A stretch of DNA of 64,000 bases from Salinispira sp. (lineage in GTDB: Bacteria > Spirochaetota > Spirochaetia > DSM-27196 > Salinispiraceae): assembly GCA_965602015.1 (NCBI GenBank), contig OZ271918.1:3104001-3168000 (forward strand), written 5' to 3'. The notes under the pieces are model-generated. The model saw only the letters and a program-made list of their open reading frames with translations, made no database searches and was not told the DNA's origin. Numbering within the stretch: position 1 is the stretch's first letter; each line of letters starts with the position of its first letter. Of this stretch, positions 36,645-45,814 are shown one piece after another. A program made the position numbers and the translations under genes.

Positions 36645-37889
36645 TTACCCTTGGAATTTTCGCAGAATCAATATGGAGTTGTGACCGCCGAATCCCAGAC
36701 TGTTCGACATGACGTACTCGAGATTCGCCGGACAACCGACATTGGGCGTGTAATCCAGATCGCAGTCCGGGTCTGGGGTTTCGTAGTTAATCGTCGGGGG
36801 CACAAACTGGTCCTCCAGGGCCTTGGCGCATACTATCGCTTCGAGGGCCCCCGCAGCCCCGATGCAGTGCCCGGTCATCGATTTCGTCGAGGACACCTTC
36901 AGCGAGTAGGCGTGGTCTCCAAAGACCTTTTTTATCGCCAGGGTCTCGGTTGGATCGTTAATGGGTGTGGAAGTCCCGTGGGCATTTATATAGTCGATAT
37001 GCTGCGGTGAAATGCCGGCCTGGGCGAGGGCTTGATTGATGGCCTGGACGGCTCCCCGGCCCTCGGGATGCGGCGCGGTGAGGTGATTGGCGTCGGTAGA
37101 TGCGCCGTTGCCAACTACCTCGGCGATAATCCGCGCACCCCGGGCTTTTGCATGATCCAGGTCCTCCAGAATGAGAATTCCCGCCCCTTCGCCGAGCACA
37201 AAGCCATCTCTGTCCTTATCGAATGGACGGCTTGCTTTCTGAGGCTGGTCGTTAAAGGCAGTGCTCAAGGCATGGATGGCGTTGAACGACGCTATGCCGA
37301 GGGGGGTGACGATTGCCTCCACGCCCCCGGAAATCGCCACGTCGGTAGTTCCCTGCTGGATAAGCCGCATACTGTGACCAATTGCATCGGTTCCCGACGC
37401 GCAGGCCGTCGCGAGGGAGTAGGCCGGCCCCCTTGCATCGAGGTAGATGGCAATGTTGCCCGGGCCGATATTTGAAATAAGCTTGGGTATGGTCATGGGG
37501 TGAACACGCCGGGGACCGCGGGTGGTGATATCGTGGAACGATTGCTCCAGGGTTTTGAAGCCGCCAATGCCCACGCCGAGAATACAGCTCACCCGCTCCG
37601 GATCGACATCACCCTTGGATATGCCGGCCTGCTTCCAGGCCTCATAGGCGGAAACCACGGCATATTGGGAAAATAAATCCATTTTTTTCGCTTCCCGGGG
37701 ATCCAGGTACTTTTTTACATCGAAGTCCTTGATCTCCGCAGCGATTTTGGTCGCGTGCTCAGAGGCATCAAACTGAGTTATAGGTCCGATCCCGCTTTGG
37801 CCGCTTCGAATACCGTCCCAAAAATCACCGACATTGTGTCCAAGGGGATTCACCGTACCCATGCCGGTAATAACCACGCGCTTTGCCAT
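36645..37889 (-). CDS. fabF: Beta-ketoacyl-ACP synthase II
   Basis: RVVITGMG, TACASG, SRPFD, NAHGTST, GHCIGAAG, GFGGHN. Start 37889 with SD GGAGGA. Confidence 0.95.
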   Translation of the reverse strand: MAKRVVITGMGTVNPLGHNVGDFWDGIRSGQSGIGPITQFDASEHATKIAAEIKDFDVKKYLDPREAKKMDLFSQYAVVSAYEAWKQAGISKGDVDPERVSCILGVGIGGFKTLEQSFHDITTRGPRRVHPMTIPKLISNIGPGNIAIYLDARGPAYSLATACASGTDAIGHSMRLIQQGTTDVAISGGVEAIVTPLGIASFNAIHALSTAFNDQPQKASRPFDKDRDGFVLGEGAGILILEDLDHAKARGARIIAEVVGNGASTDANHLTAPHPEGRGAVQAINQALAQAGISPQHIDYINAHGTSTPINDPTETLAIKKVFGDHAYSLKVSSTKSMTGHCIGAAGALEAIVCAKALEDQFVPPTINYETPDPDCDLDYTPNVGCPANLEYVMSNSLGFGGHNSILILRKFQG

Positions 37890-37944
37890 GTCTTCCTCCA
37901 TGATGAATGCCGCCCCGCGATTGATAACCCGTGGGCGCCAGAGC

Positions 37945-38688
37945 TTACATGCCCAGTCCGCCGGTAATCTTAAGCACTTCTCCGGTTACATAGGAGGAAA
38001 GGTCTGAAGCAAGGAATACAATCACCTTCGCCACTTCGGAGGGATCACCCAGCCGGCCCATGGGAATTTGGTCGTATAACGCCTTCTTTTGGTCCTCATT
38101 AAGCTTGTCGGTCATGGGCGTCACGATGAATCCCGGTGCGACAGCATTGACCCTGACATTCCGGCTCGCGACTTCACGAGCCATGCTTTTTGTCATACCG
38201 ATCAGCCCCGCCTTGCTGGCCGAGTAGTTGGTCTGTCCGCCGTTGCCGATAATCCCGACGATGGAAGCGACGTTTATGATCGAGCCGCCCTTTTGCTTTG
38301 CCATCTGCCGGTAAAGGGCCCGGGAGACATAAAACGCGCTGGAGAGGTTCACATCCATAACAGCTTTCCAGTCCTCGGTTTTCATGCGCATCATGAGAGT
38401 GTCACGGGTGATTCCCGCGTTGTTCACACAGACATCAACACTGCCGGCTTCGGCAATGACTTCGTTCACCACCTCGTTGACCCGGTCCTCGTTGGCGACA
38501 TTGCATTCCTTGAAGCTGGCGCTTGCCCCGTTCTTCTTCGCAAGTTCCTGATATTCCGAAAGAAACTCGCCCTCAGCCAGATCAAGATACCAAACCGAGG
38601 CGCCCTGAGCGAGAAAGGCCAGGACGATTTCCCTGCCGATTCCCCTGGATCCTCCGGTTACTATTGCGTTTTTTCCTTGTAAGAGCAT
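37945..38688 (-). CDS. fabG: 3-oxoacyl-ACP reductase
   Basis: TGGSRGIG, NNAGITRD, GQTNYSASK, VAPGFI, VTGEVL..TGG. Confidence 0.93.
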   Translation of the reverse strand: MLLQGKNAIVTGGSRGIGREIVLAFLAQGASVWYLDLAEGEFLSEYQELAKKNGASASFKECNVANEDRVNEVVNEVIAEAGSVDVCVNNAGITRDTLMMRMKTEDWKAVMDVNLSSAFYVSRALYRQMAKQKGGSIINVASIVGIIGNGGQTNYSASKAGLIGMTKSMAREVASRNVRVNAVAPGFIVTPMTDKLNEDQKKALYDQIPMGRLGDPSEVAKVIVFLASDLSSYVTGEVLKITGGLGM

Positions 38689-38850
38689 AAAACCCCCTTA
38701 TTCCTAATTATATGGATTGATAGTGCGGCGATGCGTCGCCGAATCTACAGGTTACCGATTTCCATTCAAAAATGGAAGAGGATAACCGAATACAATTCAA
38801 AAATAAGCACTGCTATGGTAAAAGCCGGTTAGGACAGGTATTATGGGCAC

Positions 38851-40092
38851 ATGAACGAACGCCTGACCGCCATAGTGCTTATCGTCCTTGCTCTCGCGGT
38901 AGTCTTTATCATGTTTAATCCGTTCGGATGGTTCGAACCCCCGGAACAGCCGCTTATTGAAGTAGACGCTGGGCAAGCTGAGCTGCTCCGCACCGAAATG
39001 GAAGCTCTGCCGGAATTAAGCCCTCAGGAGGCGTTCTCTGCACTGTTTTCCCGGTTTCCGGTGGTCATTGCCGGCGAGCTGGAAGGTGTCGGGCAGGAAG
39101 TCCGATACATCCGCGAACTGCTTCCCTCCCTGCCGTCCATGGGCGTTCGCATCCTGGCCATGGAGCATATCCTCGAAGCGGACCAGAACGAGCTTGACCG
39201 TCTGCTCTCCGCGGAAACCTTCGACGAATACCTGGCGCAGGAACTTCTTTTTCGGCGGCAGGTAACCTGGGGGTACCAGGAATACGTGGATATCCTCAAA
39301 ACCGCCTGGCAAATCAATATGGGTCCCGACGGCCCGTTCCGGGTCCTTGGTCTAAACGTCCTGCAGGACTATCGGCATATCCAATCGGTGGAAGACTTCC
39401 GGGATCCCGTGAAGCTTCGCCAGATAATGGCGAACGGCGTTCCCGACGCGCATATGGCCGGAGTAATATCCCGGGAAATCCTGGCTAACGGCTCACAGGC
39501 TCTTATTCTGGTGGGCCGCGAACAGAGTTTTACCAACTTCCTTCTAAAGACCCACTCGGAAGAGATGAATGCCATAGGAATGGCAGAGCAACGTCAAATG
39601 GGTAAAATCCTATCGGACGCCCATGGAGAGCGTTTCGCCACCGTGCTGTTTCACAGCCCCTGGCCCACCACCCTGACCAACTCTCGGGCTCAGTTTCCGG
39701 TGAACGGACTGATAGACCGGGTACTTGACGACTGGGAAGGTGATGGATCGCCCCGACCTTACCCGCTGCACATTCCCGTCGAGATGCTTGAAGAATCAAG
39801 CGGCATCCCCATCCGTTTTACCAATTACGCCATCGGCTATAATAATGAACGGGAAAATAATGAGACTCTGGTCTTTGAGGATATGGCGGATTTATATGTA
39901 ATCCTTGGGCGCATTCCCGATTTGGACGGACTGACTCCGATCGAAAATTTTATCGATTCAGCAAGGGAGGCCAGGGCGGTAGAGAATTTTCCCGGCTCCC
40001 GCTATCAGGACGCTGACGCGGATGATGTGAATGATTTCATCCGCCGCTATGCGGAAGACCGGAAGGCGCTGCTCAATGGTTTCGCAGACTGA
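38851..40092 (+). CDS. Membrane-anchored ChaN/EreA-like fold protein
   Basis: N-terminal TM helix; VVIAGE, ILAMEH, ALILVG strands resemble the EreA/ChaN superfamily. Confidence 0.55.
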   Translation: MNERLTAIVLIVLALAVVFIMFNPFGWFEPPEQPLIEVDAGQAELLRTEMEALPELSPQEAFSALFSRFPVVIAGELEGVGQEVRYIRELLPSLPSMGVRILAMEHILEADQNELDRLLSAETFDEYLAQELLFRRQVTWGYQEYVDILKTAWQINMGPDGPFRVLGLNVLQDYRHIQSVEDFRDPVKLRQIMANGVPDAHMAGVISREILANGSQALILVGREQSFTNFLLKTHSEEMNAIGMAEQRQMGKILSDAHGERFATVLFHSPWPTTLTNSRAQFPVNGLIDRVLDDWEGDGSPRPYPLHIPVEMLEESSGIPIRFTNYAIGYNNERENNETLVFEDMADLYVILGRIPDLDGLTPIENFIDSAREARAVENFPGSRYQDADADDVNDFIRRYAEDRKALLNGFAD

Positions 40093-41026
40093 ATCCGCCC
40101 GCAACAGGCTGATAGTAAACGCGTCCTGGGTCGGCATCGGTCTTAATGCGGCTCTGGCGGTAATTAAGCTGCTGGTCGGCATTGCCGACGGGAGCTTTGC
40201 GGTAATTTCCGACGGCGTGGATTCAGGGGTGGATATTCTTACCTCGGTTATCACTCTCGCCGCTGCCGGCCTCATGATGAGGCCGCCGGATGCCCGCTTT
40301 CCATACGGATATAGCAGGGTCGACCCTTTGGCTACAAAGGTTCTGAGCTTTGTGATTTTCTTTTCCGGGGTTCAGCTCATCACCGTCGCCGGTAAAAACC
40401 TGATTTTCCATCTGAGCGGTCCGGGGGCCCTAAATCCCCATGATCTCCCCGGCGCGCCGGCGATGATAGTCACGGGCATTTCGATTTTAGTAAAAAGCCT
40501 GCTAGCATGGTACAAAATCGGTCTGGGTAAGAAAATCAGCAGTTCGATGCTGGTGGCGGACGGTCAGAACATGAGGCTTGATATAATCACCTCAGTCGTC
40601 GTAATGTTCTCCCTGATTATCGGGAGGGTTACCGGCCTGACCATAATCGACGCCATAACGGGTATTTTGGTCAGTATATGGATAATCCGCATAGCCGTCT
40701 CCATCTTCCTCGAAACGAACATCGAGCTGATGGACGGCATGAAAGACACCGATGTCTACGGTCGGATTCTTGCGGCGGTTGATCCGATCCGGGAGGCTCA
40801 CAACCCTCATCGGATACGGGTGCGCAAACTGGGGCATCTGCTGCTTATTGTCATGGACATAGAAGTCCCGCCGGACATGAGCATAGCTGAAGCGCACATA
40901 ATCAGTCTGGAAGTCGAGGAAAGGATCCGTTCCCGGGTCGACAACGTGTACGACATCATCATCCATATCGATCCCCTGGGACTGGAAGAAGAAGAGAAAT
41001 ACGGCGTTTCTCGGGATACTTTGTAA
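40076..41026 (+). CDS. Cation diffusion facilitator (FieF/MntE-like)
   Basis: S.AVISDGVDS..D, PYGY.R, S..LVADGQN..LD, C-terminal AH...E..I...IHIDP. Confidence 0.9.
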   Translation: MVSQTESARNRLIVNASWVGIGLNAALAVIKLLVGIADGSFAVISDGVDSGVDILTSVITLAAAGLMMRPPDARFPYGYSRVDPLATKVLSFVIFFSGVQLITVAGKNLIFHLSGPGALNPHDLPGAPAMIVTGISILVKSLLAWYKIGLGKKISSSMLVADGQNMRLDIITSVVVMFSLIIGRVTGLTIIDAITGILVSIWIIRIAVSIFLETNIELMDGMKDTDVYGRILAAVDPIREAHNPHRIRVRKLGHLLLIVMDIEVPPDMSIAEAHIISLEVEERIRSRVDNVYDIIIHIDPLGLEEEEKYGVSRDTL

Positions 41027-41039
41027 TCAGGAGCAGTAA

Positions 41040-42050
41040 ATGCAGGCATATATTCGTTCGGTGGGAGCCTACGTTCCCGAAAAGGTCGTTACCAACGACG
41101 ATTTGGCCAAGACCATAGAAACCAGCGACGACTGGATTTTCTCCCATACCGGCATACATGAACGGCGCATCGCCGCACCCGATCAGGCTGCCAGTGACCT
41201 GGGCTTTTTAGCTGTGCGCGCCGCCCTCGACAATCTCTCCATCCAGGATCCCGACGGACCGGCGGTTTCCGGAAAGGATATAGATCTGGTTCTTTTGGCC
41301 ACCTCAACCCCGGACTATCCCGGCCTGCCCTCGACCGCCTGCGTTGTGCAGGATCTGATCGGCGCCAGGAATGCCGGAGCCATGGACCTGGTGGCCGCCT
41401 GTACCGGATTTATCTACGGCCTGGAGACCGCGAGAAATTTCGTGCTGGGCGGTGCGGCGAAGAATGTCCTCGTTATCGGAGCTGAAGTCTACTCAAAAAT
41501 CATTAATTGGAAAGACCGGACCACCTGCGTGCTCTTCGGCGACGGCGCGGGAGCGGTCCTGGTGAGCCAGGCCCCGGAAGGCGTGGAGAGCGCAATCTGC
41601 CATTCGGTTCTCGGAAGCCAGGGAGACGGAGTCAAGCATCTGCTTCGTCCGGCCGGAGGATCCCGAACTCCCTTTACACCCGGGGTGACTCCCGAGGAGG
41701 ATCTCTACCTCCAAATGAACGGTCGCCAAGTCTATGTTTTTGCCGTTGGGGCCATAACCGATACGGTTAATCGGCTAATGGAATTAAATGGATTGACCAT
41801 GGATGAAGTAGACCATGTTGTGCCCCATCAGGCCAACCGCCGGATCATTGAGGCGGCCTGCAAGCGAAACGGCTGGCCCTTGGAAAAATTCTTCATGAAC
41901 ATCGACCGCTATGCCAATACTTCCGCGGCCAGCATACCCATCGCCCTTTCGGAAATGAAGGAGCGGGGCAGGCTCAAGCGGGGCGATAAGGTCCTCACAA
42001 TAGGCTTCGGCTCAGGCCTCACATTCGGCGGGAATTACTTCATTTGGTAG
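41040..42050 (+). CDS. fabH: Beta-ketoacyl-ACP synthase III
   Basis: ETSDDWI..TGI.ERR, AACTGF, FGDGAGA, PHQAN, NTSAASIP, GFGSG. Confidence 0.95.
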   Translation: MQAYIRSVGAYVPEKVVTNDDLAKTIETSDDWIFSHTGIHERRIAAPDQAASDLGFLAVRAALDNLSIQDPDGPAVSGKDIDLVLLATSTPDYPGLPSTACVVQDLIGARNAGAMDLVAACTGFIYGLETARNFVLGGAAKNVLVIGAEVYSKIINWKDRTTCVLFGDGAGAVLVSQAPEGVESAICHSVLGSQGDGVKHLLRPAGGSRTPFTPGVTPEEDLYLQMNGRQVYVFAVGAITDTVNRLMELNGLTMDEVDHVVPHQANRRIIEAACKRNGWPLEKFFMNIDRYANTSAASIPIALSEMKERGRLKRGDKVLTIGFGSGLTFGGNYFIW

Positions 42051-42061
42051 ATCACCGGGCA

Positions 42062-45000
42062 TTATGTAGAGGTGCCGGCGGGAAACTCCGATACTATGAA
42101 TGAGGCAAGATCCCCGGCCGAATACCGCTGGGGAAGTTCATAATCGGTCCCCTCACGGAGATCGGCTATGATGCATTTCACCCGGGTATACCCCAGGCGC
42201 TTGGCGGCTTCGCGGTATACGTCGAGCTGCAGTTGATATTGTTCGGGATTGCCGCCCTTCCCTGTTTTATAATCCACCACAATTGCTTCTGACCCGCGTA
42301 CCAGCAGCAGATCGATCTGTCCGGCAACTATGGTGTTTTCAACGGATATTTCGAAGGCCATTTCGGCATGCCGCTCCCCGGCACCTATGACCTCGTCGAA
42401 CAGGGCGGTATTTGTTAACCCCTTCGCCATTTCCGTCGCGGCTTGGAAATCGAGCTCGGCGCCCCGGTAATACAAAAGGCTTTCCGGCACCAAGTCCCGC
42501 CCGGGAATGGTGAACTTTCCACTTCTGTTGAGTGAAACAACGGCTTTCTCCAGGAGAAAGTGCACCAGGGTCCCGTATTCGCTGCCCGACGGAGGCTCCC
42601 CGTCTGGTTGCCGGCGACCGCTCCCCGACCGAGGTTCGTCGTCTGGTTGCCGGCGACCGCTCCCCGACGGAGGCTCGCCGTCTGGTTGCCGGCGACCGCT
42701 CCCCGACGGAGGTTCGTCGTCTGGTTGCCGGCGACCGCTCCCCGACGGAGGCTCGCCGTCTGGTTGCCGGCGACCGCTCCCCGACGGAGGCTCGCTCAGT
42801 GCGGGTGAATCGCCGCCGGATTTCCCGGCAGTGGAGTCTGTAAGGCCCGTCCCCGTTTGTCCGCCAAAGAGCCCGGCGGCCCCTGCATGCTCTAGGGCGC
42901 TGACGCTTAGCACACGCCGGCGATATTCCGGCAGCCCCATGTCCGGAAGCAGCCCCGGGAGATTGAGGTCTCCTCCTCCGCCTGAGAACCCTTTTTTGCG
43001 CAAGACGTCCTCATCAAGGTGGGCAAATCGGCGGACCAGCAGCGAAGCGCCATCACCTCCGCTTGCTACCTCCCTGACCTGGTCGGCGGGAATCTCCAGC
43101 AGTTCTTCCCGGTTAATGCCGATACCACCCTCAATGAGATCGAAGAGGTTTTCAACCCGGTCATCCCTGGGAATCCGGCCGCTTAACTCAGAGGCAGTGC
43201 TTCGTGCGACCAAAGCAGACGCGCTGATTATCAGCCGCTGTTCGGCCCGGGTAAATGCCACATAGAGATGGCGGCGGAGTTCGGCATTTTCCTGGGCCCG
43301 TTCCCCGCGCCTGGCCGCGTGGACAAGGGGATTGCGCATTGCTCCGTCGATTTTTTCCCCGGGACCAAAGACTTTTATATAGCGCGACTCGTCAATTCCG
43401 GCGTACAGAGCGAGGTGGCCGTCACCGAGCACGGCATAAGGAGCGCTTGCTTCCCGGTCGGCCCGGGGCTTGCTGTTGGTGTTGACGAGAAATACTAGGG
43501 GAAATTCGAGCCCCTTGGATTTATGAAGGGTCATGATCTGAACCGCATCTCCCCGAAGATGCGCTAGCTCGAGATCATCCAGACGCTTGGGATCGCCCAA
43601 ATGATCATCGAGAATTTCAAGCAGCTCCCGCATGCTGCGTTCCGCGTGCAGGTCGAACAGTTCTACAAGATAATCGTAATAGCGAATAAATGACCGCCGG
43701 AGCCGGTCGCCGGCCATAAATTCCCGGTAACCGCTGTGCCGCCAGAATTCCATAAGAACCTCCGTATGAGGTCTGTGATCAATTATGGCGTTCATTTTTT
43801 CAATGAGAGCCAGAAGACTGCGGTAGCGGTCTATAAGGTCATTATCAGAGGCTGTCACGTCCCCATTCTCATTGCGATTTGGCTCGGCAGCGGAGCGTTC
43901 AGAAAGGCAGGATCGGAATAGTTCCAGGGTAGGCAGACCCTGGCTATCCGGGGCGGCAAGCAGGCGGATAATCAGGTCGTCGGGAAGCCGCACGATTGGT
44001 GAGCGAAGCACCGCTGCCAGGGAGAGCCGGTCATGGGGATACAGGCAAAGGGTAAAAACACTGTGTATATCGTAGGCCGGCGCATCCAGAAACAGTGTTC
44101 TGGTGCTGTCGCTTATGTAAGGGATTCCGAAGCGGCGGAACATGGTTTCAAGCTCTTTTTGAATACCGCTGCGGCGAAATATCACGCCGATATCCCCGAA
44201 GCGGATTCTTCTCGGTCCGCCAATTTGCCGGTCGTAGACCATCTGGCTAGGATCATCAACCAGACTGCGAATTTTCTCGGCGATAACCCAGGCTTCGTTA
44301 CGCGACGGCGGGATGTGCCTTTGGCTGTCATAATCACTGTCCTGTCCGGGAATGAGGAGCAGTTCTACGGAAGGGGCGGAGGAGCCATCAGCGCTAGCCG
44401 GCAAACCGGCCGTCAAAGGCCGATAAGCCGCTTCAAAGGATTCACCCCCCCGCATGACCCGGGGAAAAAACTCATTAAAAAATGAAATGAGCTGCGGGCT
44501 GCTGCGGAAATTAACATCCAGGTTGAATATTCTACCGTGGTCCGGGAGGGTGCCGGCCATGGATTTAAATACCCCTACATCGGCTCCGCGGAAACGGTAT
44601 ATGGACTGCTTTTCGTCTCCGACAAAATACAATACTCCCCGGCGAAGTTCGCTTTCCAGGGGCATGCGCGAAGCGGAATAACCTTCGTCGGCAGCCAGGA
44701 GGTACAAAAGCTCCTTCTGACGGAGGTTGTTGTCCTGAAACTCATCAATCATGATGTGCCGAATCGATCGTCTGAAATAGTCCGCATAGTCCGGCCGGGA
44801 TTGAAGCAAATCGACGGTAATATCCAGGAGATCCCGATAATACAGTACACCCCGGTCGGATGCGAAATTCAGGACGGCTTGCTGATATTCCTCTACCCAG
44901 ATATAAAATTCCCCGTAGAGTTCCCATTCGGATGCGATAAGAACCGGTGAAATCAGGTTCTCCCGAAGCGGCTTAATGACCTCATTCAAGACTCCCTTCC

Positions 45001-45814
45001 ACTCCTTGTAACGGTACAATGAAGCGGACTCCAGCGTGAACAGGAGCAGCTGCTGTGCGAACTCCTCGCCGCCCATTTCCTCGGGACGGGAAAAATCCGG
45101 CATATTCTCAAGAACAACGTCGAGGGCTGATTCGATCCTGACCAAACCTTCCAGCTTTGTGCTATCGAGCGCCGGTTTGCGGTTTCGCAGGTCATCCAGG
45201 GCTTCACGTATTTCAGCTATACGGGAGGTGAGGGACCCCGCTGAATCAGCGGCGAGTTCGCAAAGCCGGGCCCCCATTGAAGACCGATCGGGCTTTTGGT
45301 CTCCGGTCCGCTTGAAGTAGCCTTCGGCCAGCGGAATAAGCAAATCATCGCTAAGCTGTGCCGCGCTGAAATGGGAAAACAAGCGCTGCAGCAGCGGGGT
45401 CCGGGCGGCCTTCGCCAGAAATCCCAGGGTAAAATCCTTCAAATCCCGGGAAAACTGCTCGTCGGCAATGCGGTATGCCGGAGCCAAGCCGTAATCTCCC
45501 AGGTGCTGGGAGATAATAGAGCTGCAAAAAGAATCTATGGTAGTAATGCGCGCCCGCTCAAACTCCCCGGCGGCTTTTTGCAGAACCGCATCATCGCTGC
45601 GTATCAATTTTTGGTAAATGCGCTCATACATCTCCGCCGCTGCCTTGCGGGTGAAGGTGAGACAGAGAATACTGTCCACAGAGCAGGCGTCCTCCCTCAA
45701 CAGGGACAGATAGCGCTCGACCAGGACCGAAGTCTTGCCTGCCCCTGCTCCGGCGGCGACAATGCTATGTTCCCGGGTTCCGATGGCCGCCCTTTGCTGG
45801 CCGTTAAAATTCAC
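42062..45814 (-). CDS. addA: AddA-like helicase-nuclease (UvrD helicase plus PD-(D/E)XK nuclease)
   Basis: AGAGAGKT, TFTRKAA, IDEFQD, VGDEKQSIYRFRG, HKSKGLEF, YVAFTRA; GTLVH, GQIDLL, VDYKTG, QLDVY. Confidence 0.85.
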   Translation of the reverse strand: MNFNGQQRAAIGTREHSIVAAGAGAGKTSVLVERYLSLLREDACSVDSILCLTFTRKAAAEMYERIYQKLIRSDDAVLQKAAGEFERARITTIDSFCSSIISQHLGDYGLAPAYRIADEQFSRDLKDFTLGFLAKAARTPLLQRLFSHFSAAQLSDDLLIPLAEGYFKRTGDQKPDRSSMGARLCELAADSAGSLTSRIAEIREALDDLRNRKPALDSTKLEGLVRIESALDVVLENMPDFSRPEEMGGEEFAQQLLLFTLESASLYRYKEWKGVLNEVIKPLRENLISPVLIASEWELYGEFYIWVEEYQQAVLNFASDRGVLYYRDLLDITVDLLQSRPDYADYFRRSIRHIMIDEFQDNNLRQKELLYLLAADEGYSASRMPLESELRRGVLYFVGDEKQSIYRFRGADVGVFKSMAGTLPDHGRIFNLDVNFRSSPQLISFFNEFFPRVMRGGESFEAAYRPLTAGLPASADGSSAPSVELLLIPGQDSDYDSQRHIPPSRNEAWVIAEKIRSLVDDPSQMVYDRQIGGPRRIRFGDIGVIFRRSGIQKELETMFRRFGIPYISDSTRTLFLDAPAYDIHSVFTLCLYPHDRLSLAAVLRSPIVRLPDDLIIRLLAAPDSQGLPTLELFRSCLSERSAAEPNRNENGDVTASDNDLIDRYRSLLALIEKMNAIIDHRPHTEVLMEFWRHSGYREFMAGDRLRRSFIRYYDYLVELFDLHAERSMRELLEILDDHLGDPKRLDDLELAHLRGDAVQIMTLHKSKGLEFPLVFLVNTNSKPRADREASAPYAVLGDGHLALYAGIDESRYIKVFGPGEKIDGAMRNPLVHAARRGERAQENAELRRHLYVAFTRAEQRLIISASALVARSTASELSGRIPRDDRVENLFDLIEGGIGINREELLEIPADQVREVASGGDGASLLVRRFAHLDEDVLRKKGFSGGGGDLNLPGLLPDMGLPEYRRRVLSVSALEHAGAAGLFGGQTGTGLTDSTAGKSGGDSPALSEPPSGSGRRQPDGEPPSGSGRRQPDDEPPSGSGRRQPDGEPPSGSGRRQPDDEPRSGSGRRQPDGEPPSGSEYGTLVHFLLEKAVVSLNRSGKFTIPGRDLVPESLLYYRGAELDFQAATEMAKGLTNTALFDEVIGAGERHAEMAFEISVENTIVAGQIDLLLVRGSEAIVVDYKTGKGGNPEQYQLQLDVYREAAKRLGYTRVKCIIADLREGTDYELPQRYSAGDLASFIVSEFPAGTST
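42581..42795. repeat. 39-bp in-frame tandem repeat, about 5.5 copies, inside addA
   Basis: Unit GCTCCCCGACGGAGG(C/T)TCG(C/T)CGTCTGGTTGCCGGCGACC starts at 42581, 42620, 42659, 42698, 42737 and (partial) 42776. Encodes (G/D)EPPSGSGRRQPD. Confidence 0.97.

Noticed and set aside
42581..42795. Possible CRISPR array (39-bp periodicity)
   Set aside because: Units are contiguous with no unique spacers, lie in frame inside addA, and no cas genes are present.
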